Source: Gemmatimonadota bacterium (GTDB lineage Bacteria; Gemmatimonadota; Gemmatimonadetes; Palauibacterales; Palauibacteraceae). From it: a DNA stretch of 64,000 nucleotides. The notes below the pieces were generated by a model. The model did no database searches. It was not told where the DNA came from and saw only the letters and a list, made by a program, of their open reading frames with translations. The position numbers and the translations under genes are program-made. Where the stretch lies: NCBI GenBank assembly GCA_965116475.1, contig OZ220691.1:2336001-2400000 (forward strand), written 5' to 3'. Below, piece after piece: positions 35,222-44,389 of this stretch (position 1 is its first letter; each line of letters starts with the position of its first letter).

Positions 35222-38200
35222 ATGCTTCGCAGAACTCATGCGCTCTTCGCGCTCGCCGCCCTCGCGGTCTTCTCGGGTCCCGCCGCCGCCGCGCTGGAGG
35301 GGCAGGCCGGCCGGTATTTCGGCCGGAACAAGGTGGTCTACGAATCCTTCGATTTCGAGGTGCTCAAGACGCAGCACTTCGACATCTACTACTACGAGGA
35401 GAGCGCCGTCGGCGCGCAGATGGTCGGCCGCCTGGCCGAACGCTGGTACGCCCGGCTCTCCCGGGTGCTCAATCACGAGTTCCGCGATCGCCAGCCGATC
35501 ATCCTCTACGCCGACCATCCGGATTTCGAGCAGACGAACACCTCCGGACAGTTCATCGACGAAGGCACACAGGGCTTCACGGAGATTCTGAAGCGGCGGC
35601 TCGTGATGCCGATGATGGTGTCGCTCCACGAGACCGATCACCTGCTCGGCCACGAACTCGTGCACGCCTTCCAGTTCGACATGACGGGGCAGGGGACGGG
35701 AGGCCCCGGACTGGACGTGCCCGGCGCCATCCGGCTCCCGCTGTGGTTCATCGAAGGCATGGCCGAGTATCTCTCGATCGGACCCATCGACCCGTTCACG
35801 ACGATGTGGATGCGGGACGCCCTGGACCTGGAGGATGGGTTCCCGACGATCCCGGAACTCGCCGATCGGCGGTACTTCCCCTACCGGTACGGCCACGCGT
35901 TCTGGTCCTACATCGGCGGCGCGTTCGGGGACGATCGGATCGGCCGGATTCTCAACCTCGCCGCGCGCACGGGGAATGCGCTGGCGGCGATCGAAGCCGT
36001 CCTCGAGGTGCCGATCGGAGAGCTTTCGGACCGCTGGAAGAGCGAACTCGAGACCTATTTCGCCGACGCGCGGCAGGAGACCCGCTCGCCCGACGACTAC
36101 GGGCGCCGCGTCGTCTACGAGCCGCCCGATGAGGGGAAGCTCCACCTCGGCCCGGCCCTGAGTCCCAATGGCCTGGACATGGTCTACGTCTCGCAGAGCG
36201 ACCTCTTTTCCATCGAGATGTTCGGGGCCGACGCGCGCACCGGAGAAGTGAAGCGCCGCCTCACGAACAACGCGGTCGACCCGCACTTCGAGAGCCTCCA
36301 GTTCATCCACTCGGCGGGGGACTGGCACCCGAACGGCCAGCTGTTCGCCGTCGCCGGGATCAAGACGGGCAATCCGCTGCTCACGATCATGGAGGCCGAG
36401 AGCGGCAGCATCGTCAACGAGATTCCGGTCGAGGGCTTTCAGCTCGGCGCGATCTTCACGCCGAGCTGGTCGCCGGACGGATCGCACATCGCGTTCAGCG
36501 GCCACTCCGCCGGGTTTACGGACCTGTACGTGATCAACGTCGAGACTGGGCAACTGAGGCGGCTGACGGAGGACCCGTATGCCGACCTGCAGCCGGCATG
36601 GTCGCCCGATGGGCGGTCGCTGGCCTTCGCGACGGACCGCTTCACGACCGATCTGGAGCTGCTCGTCCCGGGGACCTATCAGATCGCGCTGCTGGACCTG
36701 GAAAACGGCGAGATCGAGCCGCTGCCGGGCTTTGACGATCAGTTCCGCAACTACAATCCACAGTGGTCGCCGGACGGGGGAAGCCTGTACTTCGTGTCGG
36801 ACCACGACGGGATCGCCAACCTCTACCGGCTCGACCTCGAGACGCGAGAGCGGTACCTGGTCACCGACCTGTGGACCGGCGTGAGCGGGCTGACGGCCAT
36901 CAGCCCGGCCGTGTCCGTGGCGCGCGCCACGGGCGATGTCGCGTTCAGCGTGAACAAGGGCGGGCCGTTCAGCTACGAGATCTACGTGATCGACGACCCG
37001 GATGTCCTGGCCGGGGAGCCGGCGCCCGAGATGCTCGTGGGCGTCGACGCCTCGATCATCCCGCCGCGGGAACGGCTGTCGACCGCGCACGCGGAACTGC
37101 TCGCCAACGCCCGCCTCGGCCTCGCCGACACGATCACCTTCGAGGACGCCGAGTTCCGGTCCCCGCTATCCCTCGATTTCATCTCTCAGCCCACGATCGC
37201 CTTCGGCGCGAGCGACTTCGGGGTCTTCTTCGCGGGCGGCGCGGCACTGTTCTTCTCGGACCTGCTCGGCAACCGCACGCTCCAGACCATCCTCCAGGTC
37301 AACACGACCTTCGGGGATCTGCTCCAGGGCACGGCGGCCCTCGCGGGCTACGAGAACCGGTCCAGCCGCTGGAACTGGGCCTTCATCGGGGGGCAGGTGC
37401 CGTTCGTCACCCGCCAGATCGGGTTCCAGCAGGTCGAGGTCGGGGGCAGGCCCGTGAGCGTCTTTCGGGACTTCCGCTGGTTCGAGATCAACCGGGAGCT
37501 GACCGGGATCGTCGCCTATCCCTTCAACCGGAACTCGCGGGTCGAGTTCTCCGCCTCGGCGCGCCAGATCGACTTTTCCGGCGAGATCGAGGAAATCGCC
37601 GTCGACTTCTTCACGGGTCAGCCATTGGCCAACGAAGTGACGGATCTGCACGATTGCGAGGGGGATACGGTGCAGTTCGGAAGTCAGCCCTGCGCCTTTG
37701 CGTCGCTGTACACGGCGAGCGCAAGCGCCGCCCTCGTATACGACAGCTCGATCTTCGGCGGCACGAGCCCGATCGCCGGGCAGCGCTACCGTCTGGAGGT
37801 GGAGCCGGCCGCCGGAACGCTGAACTTCCTGACGGTGACGGGCGATGTCCGCCGATACGTCCGCGCCGGGCCGTTCACCGTGGCCGGACGGGCCCTCCAC
37901 TTCGGCCGTTGGGGGGGCGGTGCGGACGACCCGCGCCTGGGCCGGCTCTATCTCGGGGTGCCATCCCTCGTTCGCGGGTACGACAACCGGTCCATCGATG
38001 TCGCCGAGTGCACGGTCGCGGGCCAGGCCGCGTTCTTCAGTTGTCCCCTCATCGGGAACCTCATCGGCAACCGCGTGGCGGTAGGCAACCTGGAACTGCG
38101 GCTCCCCCTCCTGGGCGGGATCGGGGTGGTCCGGGCTCCGGGCGTACCGCCGGTCGAAGTCGGCCTCTTCTATGACATGGGCAAGGCGTGGTCGGGCGAG

Positions 38201-38383
38201 ACGCCCCAGAACTGCCCGGAGGGAAACTGCTCCTTCGCCGACCGGACCTGGGTGTCGAGCGCCGGCTTCCTGACCAGGGTCAACGTCTTCGGCCTCATGA
38301 TCGCGGAACTCAATTTCGTCCGGCCCTTCGATCGTCCCGGCAAGGGCTGGATCTGGCAGTTCAATCTGACGCCCGGCTTCTAA
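35222..38383 (+). CDS. Omp85/BamA-like outer-membrane protein with N-terminal metallopeptidase-like domain and PD40 propeller
   Basis: YFGRNKV; HELVH plus WFIEGMAEY; WSPDG repeats; VRGY motif; C-terminal WQFNLTPGF. Confidence 0.83.
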   Translation: MLRRTHALFALAALAVFSGPAAAALEGQAGRYFGRNKVVYESFDFEVLKTQHFDIYYYEESAVGAQMVGRLAERWYARLSRVLNHEFRDRQPIILYADHPDFEQTNTSGQFIDEGTQGFTEILKRRLVMPMMVSLHETDHLLGHELVHAFQFDMTGQGTGGPGLDVPGAIRLPLWFIEGMAEYLSIGPIDPFTTMWMRDALDLEDGFPTIPELADRRYFPYRYGHAFWSYIGGAFGDDRIGRILNLAARTGNALAAIEAVLEVPIGELSDRWKSELETYFADARQETRSPDDYGRRVVYEPPDEGKLHLGPALSPNGLDMVYVSQSDLFSIEMFGADARTGEVKRRLTNNAVDPHFESLQFIHSAGDWHPNGQLFAVAGIKTGNPLLTIMEAESGSIVNEIPVEGFQLGAIFTPSWSPDGSHIAFSGHSAGFTDLYVINVETGQLRRLTEDPYADLQPAWSPDGRSLAFATDRFTTDLELLVPGTYQIALLDLENGEIEPLPGFDDQFRNYNPQWSPDGGSLYFVSDHDGIANLYRLDLETRERYLVTDLWTGVSGLTAISPAVSVARATGDVAFSVNKGGPFSYEIYVIDDPDVLAGEPAPEMLVGVDASIIPPRERLSTAHAELLANARLGLADTITFEDAEFRSPLSLDFISQPTIAFGASDFGVFFAGGAALFFSDLLGNRTLQTILQVNTTFGDLLQGTAALAGYENRSSRWNWAFIGGQVPFVTRQIGFQQVEVGGRPVSVFRDFRWFEINRELTGIVAYPFNRNSRVEFSASARQIDFSGEIEEIAVDFFTGQPLANEVTDLHDCEGDTVQFGSQPCAFASLYTASASAALVYDSSIFGGTSPIAGQRYRLEVEPAAGTLNFLTVTGDVRRYVRAGPFTVAGRALHFGRWGGGADDPRLGRLYLGVPSLVRGYDNRSIDVAECTVAGQAAFFSCPLIGNLIGNRVAVGNLELRLPLLGGIGVVRAPGVPPVEVGLFYDMGKAWSGETPQNCPEGNCSFADRTWVSSAGFLTRVNVFGLMIAELNFVRPFDRPGKGWIWQFNLTPGF

Positions 38384-38414
38384 CGGCGCGGGGGGCGGCT
38401 GCGGACGGCGATCG

Positions 38415-38765
38415 ATGGGCCTGATCCGGAACTGGCTGATCAACGCGGCGGCGCTGTACGCGACGGCGCGGCTCCTTGCCGGCGTTCGGGTCGACAGCCC
38501 GGAAGCGCTCATCGGAGGGGCGCTCGTGATCGGTCTCATCAACGCGACCGTCCGGCCGATCCTGCGCTTCGTGACCTTCCCGGTCACGGTCCTGACGCTG
38601 GGACTGTTCTACTTCGTCCTCAACGGCCTGATGTTCCAGCTGGCGGCGTCACTGATCCCGGGGTTCGAACTCGACAGCCTCGTCTGGGCGGTCGGCGGCG
38701 CGCTCGTCATGTCGATCGTCGCAACCGGGCTGCACGTCTTCCTCAAACCGCGGAGGAAGAAGTAG
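38415..38765 (+). CDS. YvlD/DUF360 'phage holin family' membrane protein
   Basis: INATVRPIL..VTFPVTVLTLGLFYFVLNG. Confidence 0.85.
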   Translation: MGLIRNWLINAAALYATARLLAGVRVDSPEALIGGALVIGLINATVRPILRFVTFPVTVLTLGLFYFVLNGLMFQLAASLIPGFELDSLVWAVGGALVMSIVATGLHVFLKPRRKK

Positions 38766-39362
38766 TCAGGCGTAGTAGGGATTGCTGCCCGCGGCGTGGT
38801 CGGTCACGTCCTGCACGTCGACGATCTCGGGGGCCGCGTCCCGGATCATCTGCTTGATCCCCTGCGTGAGCGTCACGGAGGCCATGCCGCAGCCCTGGCA
38901 GCCACCCCCCATCGTCACGTAGACGACGTTGTCGCGGATGTCGACGAGGCGCACGGTCCCGCCATGCGAAGCGACCCCCGGGTTGATCTGCTCGTCGATG
39001 ACGCGCTGCACACGGTCGACGAGAGGCCCGTCCAGCGGCGCGGAGCCGAGCGGCTGGACGTTGGGGTTGTTGAAGTGAAAGCCCGAGCCCTGGAGCGACT
39101 CCACCCAGTCGATGCGGGTTCCGGAAAGGATGTCCGCGCTCTTCGCATCGACGACGACCTCGAAGCCGGGGGCGTCGAACGACTGGTCCTCGGCTTCCCG
39201 CTCGAAGGGTTCGATGAGGGCCATCTCGTATTCCGGCGCGATGGGGCTCGCGTTCTGGACGCTGACGCGTACCGCGAGACCTTCCGCGGGGTCCTCGTCG
39301 ATGAACGTTCGGATTCGCTCGCTGGCGGCGTCGGTGAACGTCAAGAGGTCGTGGTCGGACAT
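38766..39362 (-). CDS. nfuA: NfuA-type Fe-S carrier (degenerate A-type domain plus NifU-C)
   Basis: LTFTDAA, SGFHFNNPN, INPGVASHGG, GGCQGC, DVTDHAAGSNPYY. Confidence 0.88.
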   Translation of the reverse strand: MSDHDLLTFTDAASERIRTFIDEDPAEGLAVRVSVQNASPIAPEYEMALIEPFEREAEDQSFDAPGFEVVVDAKSADILSGTRIDWVESLQGSGFHFNNPNVQPLGSAPLDGPLVDRVQRVIDEQINPGVASHGGTVRLVDIRDNVVYVTMGGGCQGCGMASVTLTQGIKQMIRDAAPEIVDVQDVTDHAAGSNPYYA

Positions 39363-39961
39363 GTCTTTTGCTCCCTGGCGGTCACCGCCGCCCTGAGGTC
39401 GCTCGCCGTGTAGAGGACCATGGTCCGCAGCCCCGCCCCCTCGAGCGTGGCTCTTCCCCCCTCCTCGCGGTCCACGAGGCCGAGCACGCCGAGCACCTCG
39501 CCGCGGGCGCGATTCACCGCCTCGACCGCCTGGAAGGCGGACCCGCCGGTCGTGATCACGTCCTCGACGACGACGACCCGCGCGCCGGGCTCGAAGCAGC
39601 CCTCGATCAATTGTCCCTTGCCGTGGCGCTTGGCGCGCTTGCGAACCGAGAACGCGTGGACCGGATCCCCGCCGCGCCAACTGGCGGCGGCGATGGCGTA
39701 GGCCAGCGGATCCGCGCCCATCGTGAGACCGCCGACCGCATCCGGCCGGAGTCCGGCGTCACGGAGGGCCGCGAGACCGACCTCGCCCATCAGCACCTGT
39801 CCGTGCGCGTGCATGGTCGAGGTCCGGCAGTCGATGTAGTAATCGCTCCGGGCGCCCGACGCGAGCACGAAGTCCCCGAGCCGGAACGAGCGCTCGGCGA
39901 GCAGGTTCAGAAGTCTCGAATGTGCGGAACTCAGCGGAACCTCCTGGTGTCGGGTCGCCAT
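39341..39961 (-). CDS. pyrE: Orotate phosphoribosyltransferase
   Basis: GDFVLASGARSDYYIDCR, GGLTMGADP, VRKRAKRHG, VVEDVITTGGS, VDREEG; alternative CTG start at 39934 behind AGGAGG. Confidence 0.94.
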   Translation of the reverse strand: MATRHQEVPLSSAHSRLLNLLAERSFRLGDFVLASGARSDYYIDCRTSTMHAHGQVLMGEVGLAALRDAGLRPDAVGGLTMGADPLAYAIAAASWRGGDPVHAFSVRKRAKRHGKGQLIEGCFEPGARVVVVEDVITTGGSAFQAVEAVNRARGEVLGVLGLVDREEGGRATLEGAGLRTMVLYTASDLRAAVTAREQKTCPTTTS

Positions 39962-40470
39962 CAGCTGACCTGTCGAATCGCCTGGCCGGATTCGGCGTCG
40001 CAGCGGGCGCAGAACCCGTACAGCTTGAGTTGACGCTTCAGTACATGGAAGCCGAACTGCGCGGCGACCTCCGTCTGCAGCCGGTTGAGTTCATCGCGCT
40101 GGAACATGACCACATCGCCGCACCCCGTGCAGATCAGGTGATCCTGCTGCTCGTGGCCGACCTTCGCCTCGTATCGCTTGAATCCCTCGTCGAAGTCGTG
40201 CTCCGTGGCGAGGCCGACGCGCACCAGGAGGCCGAGGGTCCGGTAGACCGTGGCCTTGCCCGCTCGTTCGCCGTCTTCCCGCAGCCGTTCCACCACCTCG
40301 TCCGCCGACAGCCGCTGCCCGGACTCGAACAGGACGCGGGAGATCGCTTCCCGCTGATGAGTGACGGGCAGATGATGCTCCTGCAGCGCGGCCCGGAAGA
40401 GGCCGAGCATCACGGCGGCGCAGCCGAGAGGCGGTCGGGGAGTGAGCGTGTCCGTGGTCATCGTGTTCAT
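39961..40470 (-). CDS. Fur-family transcriptional repressor
   Basis: VTHQREAI, GKATVYRTL, DHLICTGCG, LYGFCARC. Confidence 0.9.
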   Translation of the reverse strand: MNTMTTDTLTPRPPLGCAAVMLGLFRAALQEHHLPVTHQREAISRVLFESGQRLSADEVVERLREDGERAGKATVYRTLGLLVRVGLATEHDFDEGFKRYEAKVGHEQQDHLICTGCGDVVMFQRDELNRLQTEVAAQFGFHVLKRQLKLYGFCARCDAESGQAIRQVS

Positions 40471-40506
40471 CGTGTTCTCAACGCGCTGAGAAGATAAGCG
40501 CGCTCG

Positions 40507-41241
40507 TCACGCCTGCAACCAGCGCGCCTCGAAGTCGTCCACGACCTGCCTCAACAGGCGGTCGACCGGGGAGGCCGGCCGGGGCGTGAGATACCGGTCC
40601 GAGAAGCGATTGAGCGCGACGCGGAGCGCCGTGAAGGCCTGCGCGGCGTCGCGATAGCAGCCGTCGAGTCGTTGCCGGCGGGCGAAGGGGGCGTCGGCGG
40701 CCAGCGAGAAGCCGGTCTGGCCCATGGCCTCGTAGTAGCCGAGGTCGGGCCCCGCTCTCCGCCGCTCCCGCGTGCAGATCCAATCCGGAAAGAGCCCCGA
40801 CAGCCAGAGCGAGAAGTTGCCGAGATGCGCGCTGAGCAGAAAACCGCGGCGGCCATCCGATTCGGCGATCTCCGCCACGAGGTCGACAAGATAGCGGTAC
40901 TCGCGGTCGTCGACTTCGGGGATGCGGTGGGCCTGCGCCTCCCTCGCGAAGTGGAGGAAGATCGACGTCACGTAGTCGGCCATGAGGCGGGACTCGACGC
41001 CGCCTTCGAGCAGGCTGTGGCGCAGCGCCACGTACGAGAAAAGCGCCAGCGGGAGCGCCGACAGCCCCGGTTCGGAGGCGAGCGCGCCGGGCGCCTTCGG
41101 GTGATCGAGCAGCGCGTCGATCCCCCGCTCCGAGACCAGCGTCTCGAGGCGGGTCCGATCTTCGCCCTCGCGGGCCAGCAGGTAGACGAGTCGAGCCGCG
41201 TCATCCCGTCCGAAGGAAGCTCTGACATCCGGAAGAATCAT
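40507..41241 (-). CDS. Conserved hypothetical protein
   Basis: GGGAG RBS before MILPDVRASF; ADYV, YLVDL, HLGNFSLWLSGLFPD, YYEAMG look like conserved-family motifs. Confidence 0.72.
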   Translation of the reverse strand: MILPDVRASFGRDDAARLVYLLAREGEDRTRLETLVSERGIDALLDHPKAPGALASEPGLSALPLALFSYVALRHSLLEGGVESRLMADYVTSIFLHFAREAQAHRIPEVDDREYRYLVDLVAEIAESDGRRGFLLSAHLGNFSLWLSGLFPDWICTRERRRAGPDLGYYEAMGQTGFSLAADAPFARRQRLDGCYRDAAQAFTALRVALNRFSDRYLTPRPASPVDRLLRQVVDDFEARWLQA

Positions 41242-41371
41242 GCCGCTCCCCCTTCCCATGGTCCCCGTCCGCCGGCCCCGCCGCCTCGTTCCATACCCCG
41301 GCCTCGTCTGCTAGTTTTTCGTCCGGGGAGGGAAGCCGCAACGGAGTCGACCAGGATGACGAAGATCTGAC

Positions 41372-41908
41372 ATGCCGAGAGAACGACCGAGAGAGCGACC
41401 GAGAGAACGCTGGAGAGAGCCCGGATTCGGGCTGCCGGCGGCCCTTGTGGCCTTCCTGGCGGCGTGCGGTGCAGCGGACGCGGGCGTTCGCGACACCGGC
41501 GCCGCGGCGAACGGCGACCAGGCCGCCGAAGCGGGAGCGGCCGCCGTCGCCCAGGCCGTGGAACTGGTCCCGCTCCGGGTGGGCGGGATCGAGATCCAGG
41601 TCGAGGTCGCCGACGACGCCGACGAGCGCCAGCAGGGACTCATGTACCGCGAGTCGCTCGAGGAGAACCAGGGGATGCTGTTCGTCTACCCCGAGCAGCG
41701 CACCCTGGGGTTCTGGATGAAGAACACGCTCATACCCCTCGACATCGCGTACATCGACCGCGAGGGCCGCATCGTCGACATCCAGCAGATGGAGCCGCAG
41801 ACCACGGAAACCCACGACTCGGCCGCGCCCGCCATGTACGCGCTGGAGATGAACCAGGGATGGTTCGAGGCCAACGGGATCCGCGTCGGAGACCTCATCG
41901 AGTTCTAG
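41372..41908 (+). CDS. DUF192-domain lipoprotein
   Basis: Lipobox FLAAC; VEVAD...RQQGLMYR, GMLFVY, FWMKNTLIPLDIAYI, YALEMNQG. Confidence 0.9.
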   Translation: MPRERPRERPRERWREPGFGLPAALVAFLAACGAADAGVRDTGAAANGDQAAEAGAAAVAQAVELVPLRVGGIEIQVEVADDADERQQGLMYRESLEENQGMLFVYPEQRTLGFWMKNTLIPLDIAYIDREGRIVDIQQMEPQTTETHDSAAPAMYALEMNQGWFEANGIRVGDLIEF

Positions 41909-41972
41909 CACCCGCCCGCCCGCGCGGACCCGAAAACCACGGAACCCACCAGAATCCACGGACAGCCCACGC

Positions 41973-43361
41973 ATGGATCATCGCATAGAGAAGGACTCCA
42001 TGGGGGAGATGGCGATCCCCGCCGACCGGCTCTACGGAGCGCAGACCGAGCGGGCCCGCCAGAACTTCCCCATCTCCGACCTCCGCTTCGGACGCCGCTT
42101 CATCGAGGCGCTCGGCGCGATCAAGCTGGCGGCGTCCCGCGTGAACCGGGAACTGGGGCTCCTCGACCCCGAACTCGGCGACGCGGTCGAGCGGGCGGCC
42201 GGCGAGGCCATGACCGGAGAACTGGACTCCCATTTTGTGCTGGACATCTTCCAGACCGGGTCGGGCACGTCGACGAACATGAACGCGAACGAGGTCATCG
42301 CGAACCGCGCCATCCAACTGCTGGGCGGGGTCGTGGGTTCGCGGAGTCCGGTCCACCCCAACGATCACGTCAACCTGGGGCAGTCGTCGAACGACGTGAT
42401 CCCCACCGCCACCCACGTCTCGGGACTCGTCGCGATCGAGCGCGAGCTTCTGCCCGCGCTGGAGCGGCTGCGCGCGGCGCTCGCGGAGAAGGCGGAGGAA
42501 TTCGATCACATCGCCAAGGCGGGGCGCACGCACCTGCAGGACGCGACGCCCGTTCGCCTGGGACAGGAGTTCGGCGGCTACGCCAGCCAGGTGCGGCACG
42601 GGATCCGGCGCGTCGAGGCCGTCCGTCCCGCGCTGGCGGAACTCGCCATCGGAGGGACGGCGGTGGGGACCGGCATCAACACGCCCGCCGACTTCGGCGC
42701 GCGGATGTCGGCCGCGCTGAGCGAGATCCTCGGCGTCGAGTTCGTGGAGGCGTCGAACCACTTCGAGGCGCAGTCGGCGCGCGACGCGGTCGTCGAGGCG
42801 AGCGGCGCGCTGCGCACCGTCGCTGTGAGCCTGACCAAGATCGCGAACGACCTGCGCTGGCTTTCGTCCGGTCCGCGCACGGGACTCGGCGAGATCAACC
42901 TGCCCGCGGTGCAGCCCGGTTCCTCCATCATGCCGGGCAAGGTCAACCCGGTGATGGCGGAATCGGTGCTTCAGGTCTGCGCGCAGGTCATCGGCAACGA
43001 CGCCGCGATCGTCGTGGGCGGGCAGTCGGGGAACCTCGAACTCAACGTCATGATCCCCGTGATGGCCCACAACCTGCTCGAGAGCGTCCGGATTCTCTCC
43101 ACCGCGAGCGTAGAGTTCGCCGAGCGCTGCGTCCGGGGGATCACGGCGAACGAGGAGCGCTGTCTCCGGAACGCGGAGTCCACCGCGGCGCTCGCCACCG
43201 CGCTCGCGCCCGTCATCGGGTACGACAAGGCGGCCGAACTCGCCAAGCTCAGCCTCGCGGAAGACCGTACGCTGAAGGAACTCGTGCTGGAACAGGGGCT
43301 CGTCGCCCCCGCGGAACTCGACCGCATCCTCGACTTCCGCGCGATGACCGAGCCCGGCTGA
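41973..43361 (+). CDS. fumC: Class II fumarate hydratase
   Basis: RIEKDSMG, FQTGSGTSTNMNANEVI, HPNDHVN, GRTHLQDATP, GSSIMPGKVNP. Confidence 0.95.
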   Translation: MDHRIEKDSMGEMAIPADRLYGAQTERARQNFPISDLRFGRRFIEALGAIKLAASRVNRELGLLDPELGDAVERAAGEAMTGELDSHFVLDIFQTGSGTSTNMNANEVIANRAIQLLGGVVGSRSPVHPNDHVNLGQSSNDVIPTATHVSGLVAIERELLPALERLRAALAEKAEEFDHIAKAGRTHLQDATPVRLGQEFGGYASQVRHGIRRVEAVRPALAELAIGGTAVGTGINTPADFGARMSAALSEILGVEFVEASNHFEAQSARDAVVEASGALRTVAVSLTKIANDLRWLSSGPRTGLGEINLPAVQPGSSIMPGKVNPVMAESVLQVCAQVIGNDAAIVVGGQSGNLELNVMIPVMAHNLLESVRILSTASVEFAERCVRGITANEERCLRNAESTAALATALAPVIGYDKAAELAKLSLAEDRTLKELVLEQGLVAPAELDRILDFRAMTEPG

Positions 43362-43383
43362 CCCGGCCCGGCCCGACACCACG

Positions 43384-43454
43384 CTAGCAGTCCGTGGCAA
43401 AACCCAGCGTCAGCGCCGCTCGAACGCAGCGGGGGTTTTGCCACGGACTGCTAG
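43384..43454. mobile_element. 71-bp MITE-like inverted-repeat element bounded by CTAG; may also act as a bidirectional terminator
   Basis: Perfect 22-bp arms CTAGCAGTCCGTGGCAAAACCC / GGGTTTTGCCACGGACTGCTAG around a 27-nt core, between convergent genes. Confidence 0.6.
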
Positions 43455-44389
43455 GGGACGGGGACGAGCGCCTCCGGGAGCAGGCGATCCACCGTGAGGC
43501 TGGAGAGCCGGAAGGTCTCCGTGCCGTCCGCGAGGCGGGCGACCCAGTCTCCGCGTTCCTCGTCCTCCAGCAGGAGGATCGAGAGTTCGAGTTGCCGGCC
43601 CGTCACATCGGCGGCCGCCTCGGAGAACACTTCGAGCCAGCCGTCCGGGAGCGTGAAGTCGGCGGCCGCTTCTTCCTCCGGCGTGGGGAAGCCGGAAGCG
43701 GAGACGGACGGCAGGACGGAGAGGAGCCGCCGCACGAGCGCCGAGTCCGCCGGCGCGTCCCCCGCGAGCCACCCCTCGTCGCTCCTGTCACTCCTGCGCA
43801 GCACGGCCTCCCGGTCGCCGCGCCGCATGAGGATCTCGCGTACGCCGGCGGTGTCGACCGAGGCGATCAGGCGCGGGCGCCACCCGTCGCGGTCGCGGTT
43901 CAGGTAGCCCCCGGCCGGACCGTCGAGGCGATAGACGACATCGTCGCCGGGAAGGCGCACGAAGTACCCCCCGGAGCGCGTGTCGCGGTCGCCGAGATGG
44001 AACCGCCGCACGTCGCCGCCGGCCGTCCGCACTTCGACGCGCCGGCCGCCCTCCGCGACGCCCAGGCCGGCGTGATTCGACGGGTTGCGCGCGACGAGTT
44101 CCGACGAGGAGAGCTGTCCGATCACGTCCAGGAGGTCGCGGACCTTCGGTTCTTCCGCCACGTAGCCGTCGACCGTCCACCCCGCGTCCGTCCGCGCGAG
44201 ACGCACCGTGCCGGCATCCTCCGCGAGCACGATGTCCACGCCCGCGATGGAGTCCGTCACGACGAAGGAGAAGCCGTCCCCGACATCCAGCGTTCCCCCC
44301 TCGCCGCTGTCCCTGAAGAGCCGGGGCAGATAGAGAAGCACCGCCACGCCGAGCACGACCGCGATGATCTTCAACTGCTTCGCGTTCAT
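43451..44389 (-). CDS. DUF4340-domain protein
   Basis: N-terminal TM anchor; duplicated domain (GWTVDG...LGVAE...LGD...YFVR); third gene of a Gld-like ABC operon. Confidence 0.78.
   Translation of the reverse strand: MNAKQLKIIAVVLGVAVLLYLPRLFRDSGEGGTLDVGDGFSFVVTDSIAGVDIVLAEDAGTVRLARTDAGWTVDGYVAEEPKVRDLLDVIGQLSSSELVARNPSNHAGLGVAEGGRRVEVRTAGGDVRRFHLGDRDTRSGGYFVRLPGDDVVYRLDGPAGGYLNRDRDGWRPRLIASVDTAGVREILMRRGDREAVLRRSDRSDEGWLAGDAPADSALVRRLLSVLPSVSASGFPTPEEEAAADFTLPDGWLEVFSEAAADVTGRQLELSILLLEDEERGDWVARLADGTETFRLSSLTVDRLLPEALVPVP

Noticed and set aside
38415..38765. Prophage suggested by a 'phage holin family' gene
   Set aside because: YvlD-type membrane proteins are common chromosomal genes; no phage genes nearby.
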